Assembly (NCBI GenBank): GCA_904063045.1 | Contig: CAJFCJ010000006.1 | Span: 4,294,408 to 4,358,407, forward strand | Source of the DNA: Dimorphilus gyrociliatus | Taxonomy: Eukaryota > Animalia > Annelida | Length of the DNA: 64,000 bases | Direction: 5' to 3' | In this document: one piece after another, positions 38,409 through 51,788 of the stretch | Position numbering within the stretch: the first letter of the stretch is position 1 | Layout: each line of letters starts with the position of its first letter | The notes under the pieces: model-generated | Seen by the model: only the letters and a program-made list of their open reading frames with translations | Databases searched by the model: none | What the model was told of the DNA's origin: nothing | Translations under genes and position numbers: made by a program

Positions 38409-39032
38409 ATGTCAGAATTAAGAGCATTGCATATCGTATCAACAAGTAATCGTCCATATAGGCTTAGTAATTTGGTACCTAAGGCCTTCGCAAAAAAGAA
38501 TGATATATCTGAAAGCTCTTCAATTTCATCTGAAAATGTTCCGCTTCAAGAATTAAAATTAGCCAATTGTGTTATTTACATCGATTTAGATAATTGTGGC
38601 CATTTTTTTAGATTAGTACCTAATGAATTCCCAGCTGGGACTTTTGTTTGGGGTTTTCACGGTGGTTCTTCTAACTGGAGTGGACCAACTCATTGTACGT
38701 CTTTTAACGACATAAAAGAAAAGGGAATGTTTAAGTTACACGAAAAATGTGGTAAAACTAAGGATGCTGCGGATGTTGCACTAACACTTCATGTTGGGAA
38801 AGCTCACGAATTATTAAGGAAAAGAGTTATTTTCCTTGTAATTTCCGGTGACAAGGCGTTTATTGAACTGCTTAATCAATTTCATAAATCTAGACGTGAT
38901 ATTTACCTGCTAAACCCCCATCAAATTTCTGATAAAAATTTCTATCAATTATTAATGGCTGCTATAGAAAGAAAACTAAAACCTGAAGAGCTGAGAAACC
39001 TGGAATTAGATATGCGCACAACATCTAGATAA
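38409..39032 (+). CDS. Stand-alone ZNF451-type PIN-like (PIN_11) domain protein, intronless, 207 aa
   Basis: IYIDLDNCGHFF...GTFVWGFHGGSSNW...LHEKCGKTKDAADVAL...ISGDKAFIEL.NQF...LLNPH matches the C-terminal PIN-like domain of ZNF451 as remembered. ATG at 38409 (the ORF track starts at TTG 38397). Confidence 0.8.
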   Translation: MSELRALHIVSTSNRPYRLSNLVPKAFAKKNDISESSSISSENVPLQELKLANCVIYIDLDNCGHFFRLVPNEFPAGTFVWGFHGGSSNWSGPTHCTSFNDIKEKGMFKLHEKCGKTKDAADVALTLHVGKAHELLRKRVIFLVISGDKAFIELLNQFHKSRRDIYLLNPHQISDKNFYQLLMAAIERKLKPEELRNLELDMRTTSR

Positions 39033-39142
39033 TTTCCTGCAATAATCATTTAGTATTAATTTGCTTAATTGCATTGAAAATAATTCAATTTATTTCATAA
39101 TTATTTAACAACCAGGGAATAATAATAAATAGTACAATTTTT

Positions 39143-42100
39143 CTATATATTTATACCCCATTTTTTACATATATTATACATAGATTCTTTCAATTTTAGA
39201 GAATTTCCAAAGTCTGGAATTTTTTCTAAAGATTGATTGATTTGTTGCGGTATAAATAAATCATTTAATTTAGTTTTATCGCTTAATTCTAATAGCTTTT
39301 CAAAAGAGCTGCAATATTGTGAAATATAAATTTCGTCCGTTAATTTTCGTGATGAATTTAACGGCTCCAAAATAGCTGTGAAAAGTCCTCCTAATACATA
39401 TAATGAAGGAGATTGATCATCAAAAAAACAAGAGTTAAAAATTGCCTGAAAAATAGATATATATTCTAGATCGTCTTCGGTTGCTAATTTCCTACCAATC
39501 CATGATATAAGAGCGTAGTCCTTCAAAAGAACCGTTACGGTTCGCTTCGAATTAGAGCAGATATTGAGAAGAGTTCTTATGACGTGTTTCTATTATAAAA
39601 GAAAATAATCAATGAAACGGTCTTGTAAAATAAAGTAAGATGAATAATAAACTAACCCGACAAGAAGTGTCACATATACTGGGAGTATCGTGAAAAGAAA
39701 GAAGCATCCCCACTCCGTGTCTTTTGTCAAATAAACGGAAATCACTCGTTTCGCGCATCCCTTCCTCTAACAGTTGTAAAGCCCATTTGCGTTCACGATT
39801 CTGTAAGGATCAATATTAAATGTACAAATATGTCTTAAATAGATTAGATTATTAAGCAACTAAATTAGAAAATTACATTTTTTGCACCATGAAAAGTACT
39901 GAAAAACATTGGAATTTCATTTAAATCCATCTTTTCGCTATGTAATATAAAAGCTTGAATTCTTGAATAAATCGGATCGCCTAGAAGACGAAATATTAGT
40001 GATAATTTAAGAGTAATTTTTTCATTAAATAAGACAAACCATGATTAAACATCGTTGTTCCAGCAATTGATAAAAATCTTGTAATTATACAAGGTATTTT
40101 TTCATTCGCCTTAGTTGTAGAATTTTTAATAACATCTAATAAATGCATAATATGCTTTTTTTCTGCAAATCTTTCATTCGTTAAATGCCCATAAAATAGA
40201 GATAAGGCCGAGTAAGCACAATTCCTAGTTGATTCTTTGTGATTACTTAAAGCAGAAGTTAAGTATGAGAGACATCCTTTTAGAATGAAGTCTTTACAAT
40301 TTACAACATTTTCTGTAAAATACAGAATATTCTAGTTGATATCAAGTAAAAGTTAAGTAAAACTTACCAGCGCCTAAGACATTCACAAACAATGGCAACA
40401 AAAACCCTGGATCATACACTTTGTTATTAATGTCTTCATTCCTAATTTTCATCGGAATTTCGTTTACAATATCCTAAAAATTTAAGAAAAGTAATAATAA
40501 TTCTTATTTTTTGAGAAAAGAATTAATTTTACCTGAAGGTTTCTCTGCAATGGAAAGTTTACACAGCTGTATTGTAAAATCTCTTCATCCAGTAATTGCA
40601 AAACTTGGGATGCATATGGTGTCTTCTTAAGCGTTTTTTTATTACTATCCTCCTTTAAAATATCTCCTTTGCGGCCCCATAGTAATGGTCTGAATTTTTT
40701 AAAAATCTTATTCTGTATTCAACATACATTTTCTAATAAATACCTTATTCTTGAAAAATCAACACCACTCATCTCATATTTAGCAATAATATACAGTATT
40801 CTTCTATCTAAAAAATGAGGATAACATATTTAAACGCTTCGCAAAGAATTAGAAAGACAAAAATACCTGTTAATAATAATGTCGCTGTATAAGAACGCAA
40901 AAAAATGTTAACATGAGACTGTTCATAACAATCAGATGATAAGTTGTTTGACAGAATAAACAACAAATGAATTAAATCGTTGAAAGCTGTTGAATTAAGA
41001 AAAAAGTTAATTAGAACAAAGAAACGTTGGCAACAGTTTCTAAAAACTTACTCTTTCCGGTATTGTTGTCCAGCATTTCCAAGAATTCTTGTGAATTTAG
41101 AATATATTTGTACAAATTTGCAAAAGGTAATTCTAAATCTTTCTTAAGCTCTGGCTCCATTTCATCCTTTAAACATTTTGTTAGAAATTGCACTATTTTT
41201 GGAGGATAAAATCCGGAGCTGTATGAATATATCAACAATTAGATAAATGAAAATTTTAATAAAAAGAAACAAACCAAATAAAAGAAGAAATGTCCGACAT
41301 ATGAGAACGAATAATTTCAAGAGAGCATCCTTTTTTATCTATAATTTCTATTAGAACAGTCAAAGTTTTGTCGATTGAAAGATTAACATCTCTTTCTTGG
41401 GACATCGAAATTAAATGCATCAAAATTTCACACAAATATTTAACATCCTCATTGGCAAACTCCAATAGAACTTCAATTGCTTCATCTGGTTCTCTACTCT
41501 TATTTAGCCATTTTATTAATTTTCCATAAAGTTTCTCCTTTTCGCCTGAAAACAAACATTTATATAAAATATTTCAAAATCAGACAAAGTATAAGCATAC
41601 CTGAATAGCGCGCAATACTAGCCAAGTTCTTCATATCTTCGTAGTCAAATTTTCCAGACTCAGTTTTAATTAATTGTTTAAATTCTTTGTTATGAAATTC
41701 AACAACGGTTTCTTTCACTTTATCATCAATTGATTCTTCTTGACAGTAACTACTGCACAAAGTAAAAACAAACTTTTTTGACTTCTTAGCTTCTAGAAAG
41801 TCAGAATAAATATTTTCAAAGCATTCAATAAACTCCGTTGACAATTCACATAGACGTTTCAGTATATTAATGCATATAACTTCCAGTTTTTTAACCTTTA
41901 AATTGAGAATATCTTTAAGAAATTTACCATCTTTATCTATAATATTTTGGAATAAGTGTGGAGAAAGATTCATAATGTTGAACAGAGTTTCTCCTTTTTC
42001 AATTAAATTATTTTGTTCCTTGAATACTTCTTTAATAATTCTCGCTAAGCTCTCTCCACATATAGATATAGTAATCTCATCATTCTGAGATCTGGCTATA

Positions 42101-45100
42101 TAGTTCTCCAATAATTGAAAAAATTCTCCAAAGCTATCTTTTTCAACGTTCATTGATTTCTCCAGCACAGTTTGAAGAGCTTTGACAGATAGAAATTTCC
42201 CTGTATCACGATAGACTTGTATAGCTAACCGTGAATCTAGCCTAAAATCTTCAACATTCTCTAATTTCACAATAAATGCATTAAAAAGAAAGCGAGCTCT
42301 CTTTTCTGGTATCAAAACTTTCAATATTTCTGCAGTAGATATGGTAACAAGTTCAACAAGTTGCAAATCATTTTTACTATATAAGAAATTTTGAATTATA
42401 TCCTCATGCTCCAAGTAGCTCTTCAGGTCAGTGAATATCCATTGTTTATTACCATTCAAATCAATGTTTTCAGATGCCTTCATGAAAGTTTTCACTAATT
42501 CATTCAAAACTTTGAACAATGAAGCAATCTTTTTCATTGATTTCTTAAGCTTTTTTCCCTAAAACGTTATATTCATAGAAAATCAATAATAAGAAATAAC
42601 CTAGTACAAACATTTAATCCTTTCCGAATATAATATGTAATTAATTGAATAATTTGTTGAAGCCCCCAAGCTATCTCTTCAACGGAGTTGAAATTTGAAT
42701 CTTCATATTCTTTCAAGTCATCGAATTTTTCGCTAGATAGACATTCAAACACTTGTGCGGCAAATTGAGGTAAAGTAGGTGTGATGTCCTCTCTTTCATC
42801 TTGCCCATTTTCATCGGATTTGTGTTTCTAAATTTGTAATGAAATTAACTATGAAAACAGGAACATGATAGAAAAGTTGTTTTACTTTTGAAAAAGTTGA
42901 AACAGCACTTCTTAGGATTGAAGATTTTAAGAATGATTCATGTAGATTTAACAAATAACATAATTTCTCTGGATTTTTAGTTGTAGCAAGATGACAGCAA
43001 ATGATAGAATTCAAAAATTTTTGGACCTCTTTATTTCGAAAGTAAAAAATAAAATTTTTGACTGTTGGCTCGAATAATACTATTTAAAACTTACTTTTGC
43101 TATATTTTTCTTCTTTTAAAACTTCGAATGCAGCTGGCAACAGCGGTGAAAAGGGTACACAACTGAAATAAAAAAAAAGTTAGTATTAATAGCCCGAAAA
43201 TAAAAGATAAATAAACCTTGTTTCGGTATTGACCGATGACGTTAGTTCCATTTCATCATTTTCCAAAATTTCTGAAAATTAAAGATGAGGATTAAGAAAA
43301 AAAAAACTGCTTAAATAATTTACCTTCAATTGGATCGATTCTGCTACTAGTTTCATCGTCATCATAACTAAACTCTTCCATTAATTCAGTTACAACATCG
43401 TTATACAAGAAAGGATTTCGTAATACTTTAGTAAATACTTTCTCAACAAATGATAAAATTGTATCATGATATTTTCGATCATGAGTTGATTGTAGAGAAT
43501 TTAGCCAGATATCCAGCTCAGTTGCATGTTCAAAGAAAATCTCAGTCCTCATAAATAACTACAACCAAGTATTATTAATAGATAATATTATAGATTAAAT
43601 TTTTCTAAGCCAGAACACTACTTACCTCGTGAACGACAGTTTTACAACCGTACGCTAAGGAAGTCTCAGACTCTTTATATTTTCCAAATGATTGACAAAT
43701 TTCCAGAAGAAGGAATAACGTAGTCTTTTTACCAGTCTAAAAACGATGTAAAAATAGTAGATGAAAAATGACAATAATTTTCTATGATCTTACCATTTTA
43801 AACCATGAGAAATATTGATATTTGGATAATAACTGTACAAGTTTAAATTCTATGTTTTCTGATTTATTTCCACATACTTCCTCAACTTTCTTTATTCCAT
43901 CAAGAAGACCTGATATATCAAACGGTTTCACCTCGATCATATTTGAATAAAATTCATAATAATTTGAATAAGTTTCCAGTAAGGTGGTAATATACTCTTC
44001 TACAGGTTCTCTGCAATTACTATTCTCATAAAGAACAATATAAGATTTATTCAATATAAAAATACTCTTTATTTTCCTCCTTTTGCTCTTGTTTTTGCAT
44101 GGCAGTCAAATTATCAATTGTCAAGCCCCATAGTGACATAAGCGTATCAACAGGAATAGCAAATCCAAAAAGTTCTTCTTTAGCACTTAAATCCAAATCA
44201 TGTTTTATTTCCTCAGGTAGATTTTCTGATTTAATTTTGGCCACGCTATTCAAACTTCTCTTAATGCAACAATTGAATAATTTAATAATCTTATGACGAA
44301 CTTTCAAAGGAGCATTCTAAACAAGAAAGTAAATTATTGAAATGTCAAAAGACTAAATATGTGCCTACTTTTATATTTTCTGTTAAACTTTTCCATAACT
44401 CTTTGGGAGGAAATAGAGTAGCTGAGAGGAGAGGTAAAATCTCTTCTTTGTTACTGATATCAATTTTCTTTAAGCACGGAGAATATGATAGTTGTGTATC
44501 ATATATCTTAAATGAAATAAATACATTAATATTTATTTATCAATGTTTGATGAACTATTAGTTAACTAATATATGTACCTTTTGAACCAAGTCTATCAAG
44601 TTATGCCACTTCTCTAAATCCCTAGGAGTTATAATACTTTTAAAGGATATCAAATACCACATTAGTTGATCAGGACAAGCCTCTAATATTTTACATATTA
44701 AATCTCTGCATATTTCCTGATCACGGTACAAAGACTTAAGAACACCTGTCATCAAGTGGTTTTTATTGCTGAATATTTGAAAAAATATGATAAAGAGAAT
44801 GAGCTATATATGCTATTAAACAATAATCAATCAACTCACGTCGTAGAGGTCCCAAAATTTGGATCAAAAAATATAATTCCATTTTTAATGCTAGTACATA
44901 CATTAATCATGAAATCAAGAACAAATTTAGTTACTTTCTCCAAATCTTCCTGATTGACAGGTATTTTTTCAGAAGTATCCATCTAATAACACATATAAAA
45001 GTTATTGTATAATATACGTGTACATTTTCTAGACTTTACCTCGGTAGCAGCTGCTGTTTCTTTCATCTTTAGTTTTTGGCCAAATGATATTTTAAATCCT

Positions 45101-46191
45101 GCAGGTCCAGTCCATTTAAAGCACTTTAATAATCCATTAAGAACCTTTTCACGTATGATTCGTATTTTATCACTCTTCCCAAGAAATGGGTTCATAATAA
45201 TCTGAAGATAAGTGAAACTAAACGCATAAAATAATTTCGATTAAATTACAAACCTTTTCATTAAGCGTTCTACATATCAATTCAATTGTCTCAACAGTAT
45301 CCGTCTTTATATCATCAAATAATGGAATTATAACATTTTGAGCTTGTAAAAAAGTTTTCAAATCATCATTTTCAGCTTTTTCTAAAACAGTCATAACGAG
45401 TTTTATGTACACTGCTCTGACATCTTCTTGATCCTAGATATTAAAAATTGTAAATAATCAGTTGTATATTGCTTAAAAGAGTCTTTTACTTTTATATTTC
45501 TTCTGGTAAGTAGTTGCGTTAAATTCTTATTATTCCAATCAAATTTTACTATTAGTTCACGAAGTGATTTTTCATTATCTTCAATACAGTATCGAAATAC
45601 GTTAAGAATGGACTTGACCAGAGTAGCTTTACTCTGGAATCTGAGTAGAGAAACCAAAAAATTGCAATGATTGTTCAAAAGATGCTTGAAGACATCATGA
45701 GCCGTTTGGCTCAAATGAGGCAAGTGAGTGCTTATCCTTTCTGTTATACATTCTATAGTTTCCATTATTAGAGCAACCTAAGATTGAAGAAAAAATTATA
45801 AATTTTGATGTTTATAAGACCCTTCACGTCATTAACTGGAAAAAAAGCACAAAAAAGAATGTTACCTCCGATTCTTTTCGCCCTTTGAACTGAAGTAAGT
45901 CTAAAACTTCAGAACATTGCTTGGACGACGTACAATACTCTTGTACTAAGTCGTATTTTTTACTTTCATTGTTTCTAACTTCGTTTATAAACTTTTCAAG
46001 TGCTAAAAAAATTTCACATATAACACGTGCTGGGCGATAATAAACAATTTATTTTATTTACCTTTAAATGTTGTGTTGGGATCACGCAATTCAAATTTAA
46101 AGTGAATAACAGTAAACTCTTCTTTATTCTTCTTATTCGGAACCTCGTCATTGTTTGTACTTTTTCTCTTCCTTTTATTTTTCGAAGGCAT
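39143..46191 (-). CDS. URB1: Nucleolar pre-ribosomal-associated protein 1 (URB1/Npa1), multi-exon
   Basis: Start MPSKNKRKRK...EEFTVIHFKFELRDP aligns with the URB1 N-terminus. Also present: LLTRRN, FLGKSD, YDPGFLLP, LFNSKRTDFHMER-like C-terminal region and a long HEAT-like body across many minus-strand ORF fragments. Confidence 0.88.
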
Positions 46192-46690
46192 TGTTGAACA
46201 GCCTCTTGGATAATGCAAGTAGTAAAAACTCGAAAAGCATTCGAATTATATTCTTCTACACAATGTAGTTTTTCCAAAATGGATTTCTGAAGAGAACATC
46301 AGAGAAGCCATTTTGAAATTCTTATCGCATTTTTACAAGCTTAGCAGACGACAAAAACATACCATTCGCCATTAAACTGTTTATTTCATCTCTCAACAAA
46401 TGTTGTAGATGTCACTTTCTTTGACCTAAAGTCACGTGCCATCTACGTGTAATCTTTTGTAATACTTTGAAAAACTTTTCCGTTTCTCAGTTAGCTCTCA
46501 CCTTCGCTTGAGTCAAGTTGGTAAGTTGAAAGTCAAACTTTAACAATGATATTCATAAAGAACAAAGAAGTAGTATGGCATATACACAAATATTTTAATT
46601 TGTCTAAATGGGCGTTTCAACCTGATAGAATGACAAAACGTTTATTTTTGTAAAGTATATTCTAGTAAACAACTTTTTATTACAGAAAAA

Positions 46691-47942
46691 ATGCCTTCTG
46701 ACGGGCAATCCTACGTGATTTTCCAACGTGTTGGAACACTTCCAGTTGTGGCTTCTGCTTTTGGTTCCATATCCACGTTCTATCAACGAACTAAAGATTC
46801 TTCATCTATCGTTAGATTTACTTTAGAAAAAGCTGAAACTGGGGTTTCGGCAGTTGCTAAAACTGCTGCTCCAGTTGTTAACAAGCTAGAGAAGCCTATT
46901 TGTAAGCTAGATGATTATGCATGCTCTAAGTTGGATGTGATTGAAGAAAAGTATCCAATTATCAAGGCTGCCCCAAATGAGGTATTTATAAGTCATTCGT
47001 TTATTGTTATTCTGCTAAACACTGTTTACCTGACAGCTTATCTCAGAAACTTACAAGGCTTATGGAGTAGTCAGGAAATATGGAGCAGATAAACTTGGAT
47101 CTTTCATTCCAAGAGTCGATCCCGTTTTAGCATATGCAGATAAAACGGTTGATTATTATATGCCTGCGGAAGAATCAGATATCCAGGAACCAAAGGAAAA
47201 GTCAGATGAGATTGTTAAAACTAAAGATAGAGTTGCTGCAATTTCTTCTAAAGTTCGTCAAAGAATGTTTTTGCGAGCTATGAATCAAGTGAAAAGTGTG
47301 AAGAAGAGATCCCAAGACGCTGTTGACCGTTTGACACATACCGTAAATTTAATAGAATACGCGAAAGCCTTCGACGGTAAAGTACGTCATGTGTGGAGTG
47401 AAATTCAAAAGGACGAAGAAACTGATAAAAAGGAAGACGAAGAAAAAACTGAGAAAAAGGAAAACGAAACGAATACGACCTCAAAAGTTATCGAAAAGAG
47501 AATAATTGTCACCTGTCGTCAAATTAGAAGAACGGTAACCTGGTTTTCTCCAACTCAGTTTGTCCCATCCTCTGTTTATGTACCCTTTGAGAAAACCAGA
47601 AAAGTAACTGATGACTTTGTGCTCTCTCTTCTGAAGGTATTTGTTTTTATTTTGCACTTTCTCTAGATTATATATTAACATAATCATAAATTGTTATTCA
47701 GACTCTGCGTATGGACGAATTACCCCATAAAGTTCTTCAGAACTCTAAAGATGGCCTCGTAAAAGTACATGAGAATCTCAGTTATGTTACAGATTATGTT
47801 CTCCATTTCATCGTAAGTAAAGACAAAGATTTGATTAAACCTTTTTGCATGATCATATTTTTAGATGATTCGAAAGGTCAGAACTGAAAAGAAAGAGCCG
47901 GATGAAGAAAGCAGCAGCAAAGATAGCAAAAAGAATTGTTAA
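46691..47942 (+). CDS. Perilipin-family lipid droplet protein, 4 exons, 359 aa
   Basis: Exons 46691-46981, 47037-47636, 47702-47812 and 47865-47942. PAT domain RVGTLPVVASA...YQRTK...LDDYACSKLDVIEEKYPII. Confidence 0.9.
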
Positions 47943-48557
47943 ATTTTTTTTCTAAAATTTTTGCATGCCTATTTTTTCTTTGGTAATTAAAAAATTATGT
48001 CAAAATAAGCCAGCATAATTCAATAGATTTGTGAACTTTTTAGATACCTTACTATAATATGGAGAACGTCAACCAGATGGGCGATATTGACTATCGTCCA
48101 GAGCTCAACGGATATGCGTACACTGAAATACGTTACGTTCCTGTTCAATAATAGAAATGATTAATTCAGTTTTTCCTGTCAAATCTATATAGTTACTTTT
48201 TATTTCTACCGCATTTACAGAATCTGGCTTTCGTATTATCTATTAGAAATTATTATCTAGAGCGATGCCGAGCAATGCAATCGAAGGGTTTTTCGTTATT
48301 ATAAATTATATATTAATTTGACAGGATATAATACCAATCCGTTTGATGTTTTTCTAATACGCTTTCTATGTTTATTATCATGTAAGAGTATAGCTCATGT
48401 ATGGAATAAAACTCTTTTTAATCTTATACGACCTCCATATCTTTTCTGAGAACTGATGACAATATATATAAAAACTGTTCAAAAAAATTTCTCGTATTGC
48501 ATTACTCAGGAATCTAATTTAAGTAACAAACATATACGTTATTTTAAAACATTTAGC

Positions 48558-51155
48558 TTATTTGGCAGACGAAAAAAATCGATTATAATCGATTCGTAAA
48601 AGCAATTGACGTATATGAGGACTTGAACCATGATTTCTAACATCAGACAGAATTTGAACTAAAATTTTTGTCTGTCTTTCAAATGACTTTGTTATACTGC
48701 TTAAAAATTCGTTATCAGAGTCGGTCACAAATTCTCCACTTTTCTTAATCAATTTTGTATATGCTAGGCATAAATCGAGTATTGTTCTTATGCAGTTGGA
48801 TATCTAGGAGTAAAGTGAATTTTCAATTTTTTTCGCTGAGGTCATAAAAGAGAACTATTTCCTTACCGGTTTAGTCAATAGAAATGATTTTGTTAAAAGA
48901 GATGTTACAAAGGCGTCGTGAGCGACGCTAACATGCTCAAAGTCCATTGTTTTATTTATTTTTTCTAGTAATTCGCTAAATTCCCACTCAATGACGTCAA
49001 CCTTAAAACAAAAATCTTAAACATATTTATGGGAGAAACAGAATTCACTCACTTGAAGATAGAATTGAAGATTATTAACAATAAAATTCATATGATTACG
49101 TAACCACCATCTAGTATTATTACAAAATTGATCAGGTAAAGATTTCGTATCCATTGAATCAACCCAACAACTATGTAGAGCGGTTTGTACTCTTCTAACT
49201 CTTAGTAGAAATTTAAAGATCATATTGTATCTACAAAAGGAAATTGTAATACCATTACACTGTTCGAATAGAATTTTAATTTTAATAATAAAAACCTCGT
49301 TATAACTGTTGGAGTGAGAACAATATGTAATGGCCATTCCACAGTGTGTTCCAAGTTTAAGGAATTCCAAATACAGTTTGCTTCTAGTTCGTCGATTGCC
49401 GTCAATTCGCTTGCATAATTCGCTACAAAGATAAAGCATATTACAAAGAACTAGTTTAGCTAATCATTCAGTAATACTCTTTTGCTGATCGATTGTCAAA
49501 CGGAACTTTTCTAACTGATCATCGTCTAGAAGGACACTTCTTGTTGCTTGTTGTAAAGCTAGATTGACGTCTGCATGGATAAAAAAATCTTGCTAAAGAG
49601 CATCTGACTTTCAATTAAAGTGAAATTTACCATGTTTAGAACTTCCAGTTGGAGGAGATGAAAACGCATTGAAATTCTCATGAATAAAAGTTAAGAATAA
49701 TTCTCCTCTACCGAATAAATAAAATTCTTTAATCCTTCGCAGTCTCCCTATGAGATTAGATTTTTGAACAATTAATTTCCATAAGTGCTGCAAGAAGAAC
49801 GTATTTTTCATTAAATATATCAACTAATTTGTATGTGTAAAGTTTACTTCTGCTACATAGGTTCTAACTTCATTAACGAAACCTTCAAATTTCCTTAAAT
49901 TGAACTCCTCTTCTTCGGCAAGACTGTTTAATAGTTTTGTAAAGTTCTCTTCTTTATCCTCAAGAATATTTCTTAATTCGGGAAGATCGCTGAGACTCCT
50001 ATCTTGTTCAAACATTTGAATACTTTCTCCAACAAATAATACTTTTTCCGCTACTCTCTTCGGAATATATATTGGTAGCATGTTCATATGCAAACCATAC
50101 TCTTTCTTTCTTATCATTTCTTCGTTATGAGAAAAAGCAGTATGCTGTAGAAAAATTACTCAATGATATAATAATTTAAATAAGTAATGCCTAAATACTA
50201 AGATTTTCTTTAGCTCAGTGCCGGATATTCCTCGAATAACAATTCTTTCTTCAAATTCTGGCTCTTCTTCTTCATCTTTCTCTTCGTCTTCATTTTCTTG
50301 ACGTTTTTGAATGAAAAATTCATTGTAAGGATCAATTAGGAGACCATGTAACAACCATGCTGCCAATTGTCGATAGAAGACGCAATGGCAGATTTGAAGC
50401 ATCCTGATAAAACAATTTATTTGGAAATATTAAAATAAAGCAATACGTCTTGTTTAATACTAACTGTATCATATATCGTCTTATAGTTGGGGAACCTATA
50501 TTTGCGGCGCTGGATAAGACAGAGAGAATTTGACATCCTCTTTCCTGTCAAATGGTAACATAATTATAAAGTGAAAATCAAAATAAAGTGTATATATATA
50601 TTGTTTACATTTTGTTCTTCGATTTGATCTATTACATTGCTGAGGGCTGGAAAGATCAGTTGGTACTGAAAAAAAAGAATTACAATATTGAGAATAGTTA
50701 CAAACTAAGATATTATTAGGAACATTCTAGTTGCTTACGTCTTCAAGTTCTGCTTGAAATGCTGCTGCAGATATGTGAGGATCCTTATATAATTTTTCTT
50801 CTAAAATAACTAATGCATCTCGATAAGGTTGCAGAATTTTATCCAAAGAAGCATAAAATGATCTTATATAGATGCCGGTATTTTCTTCATTGTCGACCAG
50901 AGATGTTCTTGTTTTAATGAGATTTAAAAATTTAATATAATATGTTGCCAATTGGCATAGTCTATCTGCCAACACTGCTTCAGATGGTTGTAAAAACGGG
51001 AGATCTTTAATTATCTGTGAGCGATAATGTGCATATTAGGATTTACCGGGAAACTACAAAAAAAATTAGCTACTAACTTTAACTTCTTTTTTTTCGTTCT
51101 GAACAAAAACACCTCCAATTTTTCCATTCAGAGCAAATAAAAGTTCATGAAGCAT
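48558..51155 (-). CDS. TUBGCP4: Gamma-tubulin complex component 4, multi-exon
   Basis: MLHELLFALNG start, GIYIRSF, QLAAWLLHGLLIDPYNEFFI, LPIYIP.RVAEKVLFVGE, FYLFGRGELF, VEWPLHIV, FIVNNLQFYLQVDV and QLLLRIDYNRFF are GCP4 signatures. Confidence 0.95.
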
Positions 51156-51280
51156 TATGATTTTCTGATTTTATATATAAAAATTCAAGTAGGTAAATAT
51201 GGATACCCTCTTTGGAACAAATTTTGTTTTTGAAACTTTATTATACATCGATAAGCTTTTGAAAATACAAACTATAGTGT

Positions 51281-51595
51281 CTTTTTGGGAAAATACAATG
51301 ATTAATACGTACGCTTAATTAGTGGAAAAGTTAAATTATTGATGACTATCAAAATTATTAAATTTCAGTTTTTAAAAACATATAACGAATGGTCTATACC
51401 ATACACACAATACACTTTCATGCAATTAATCATTCTTTTTGGGAAAATACAATGATTAATACGTACGCTTAATTAGTAGAAAAGTTAAATTATTGATGAC
51501 TATCAAAATTATTAAATTTCAGTTTTTAAAAACATATGGTGTCTATACCATACACACAATACACTTTATGCAATTAATCATTCTTTTTGGGAAAA
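51281..51595. repeat. Direct tandem duplication, about 150-bp unit, 2 copies plus a 13-bp partial third
   Basis: Units 51281-51434 and 51435-51582 both begin CTTTTTGGGAAAATACAATGATTAATACGTACGCTTAATTAG and are near-identical apart from a few substitutions and small indels. Confidence 0.95.
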
Positions 51596-51788
51596 CCAAA
51601 TTTTGGGGAGATATAATGTTTCTATTTTTAAATTTAGGTTTCGGTTTCTCTTTTTTTTTATATATATAAGTATTCGTTTCGCCCAGAAAAAACGCAATGT
51701 ATTACTTTCGAAATTTAAATATTGTTTTTTATACTTCGGCTTAGTTTATAATTGTTAGTTGAACTAATATCTTTACAAGAAGAAGATT

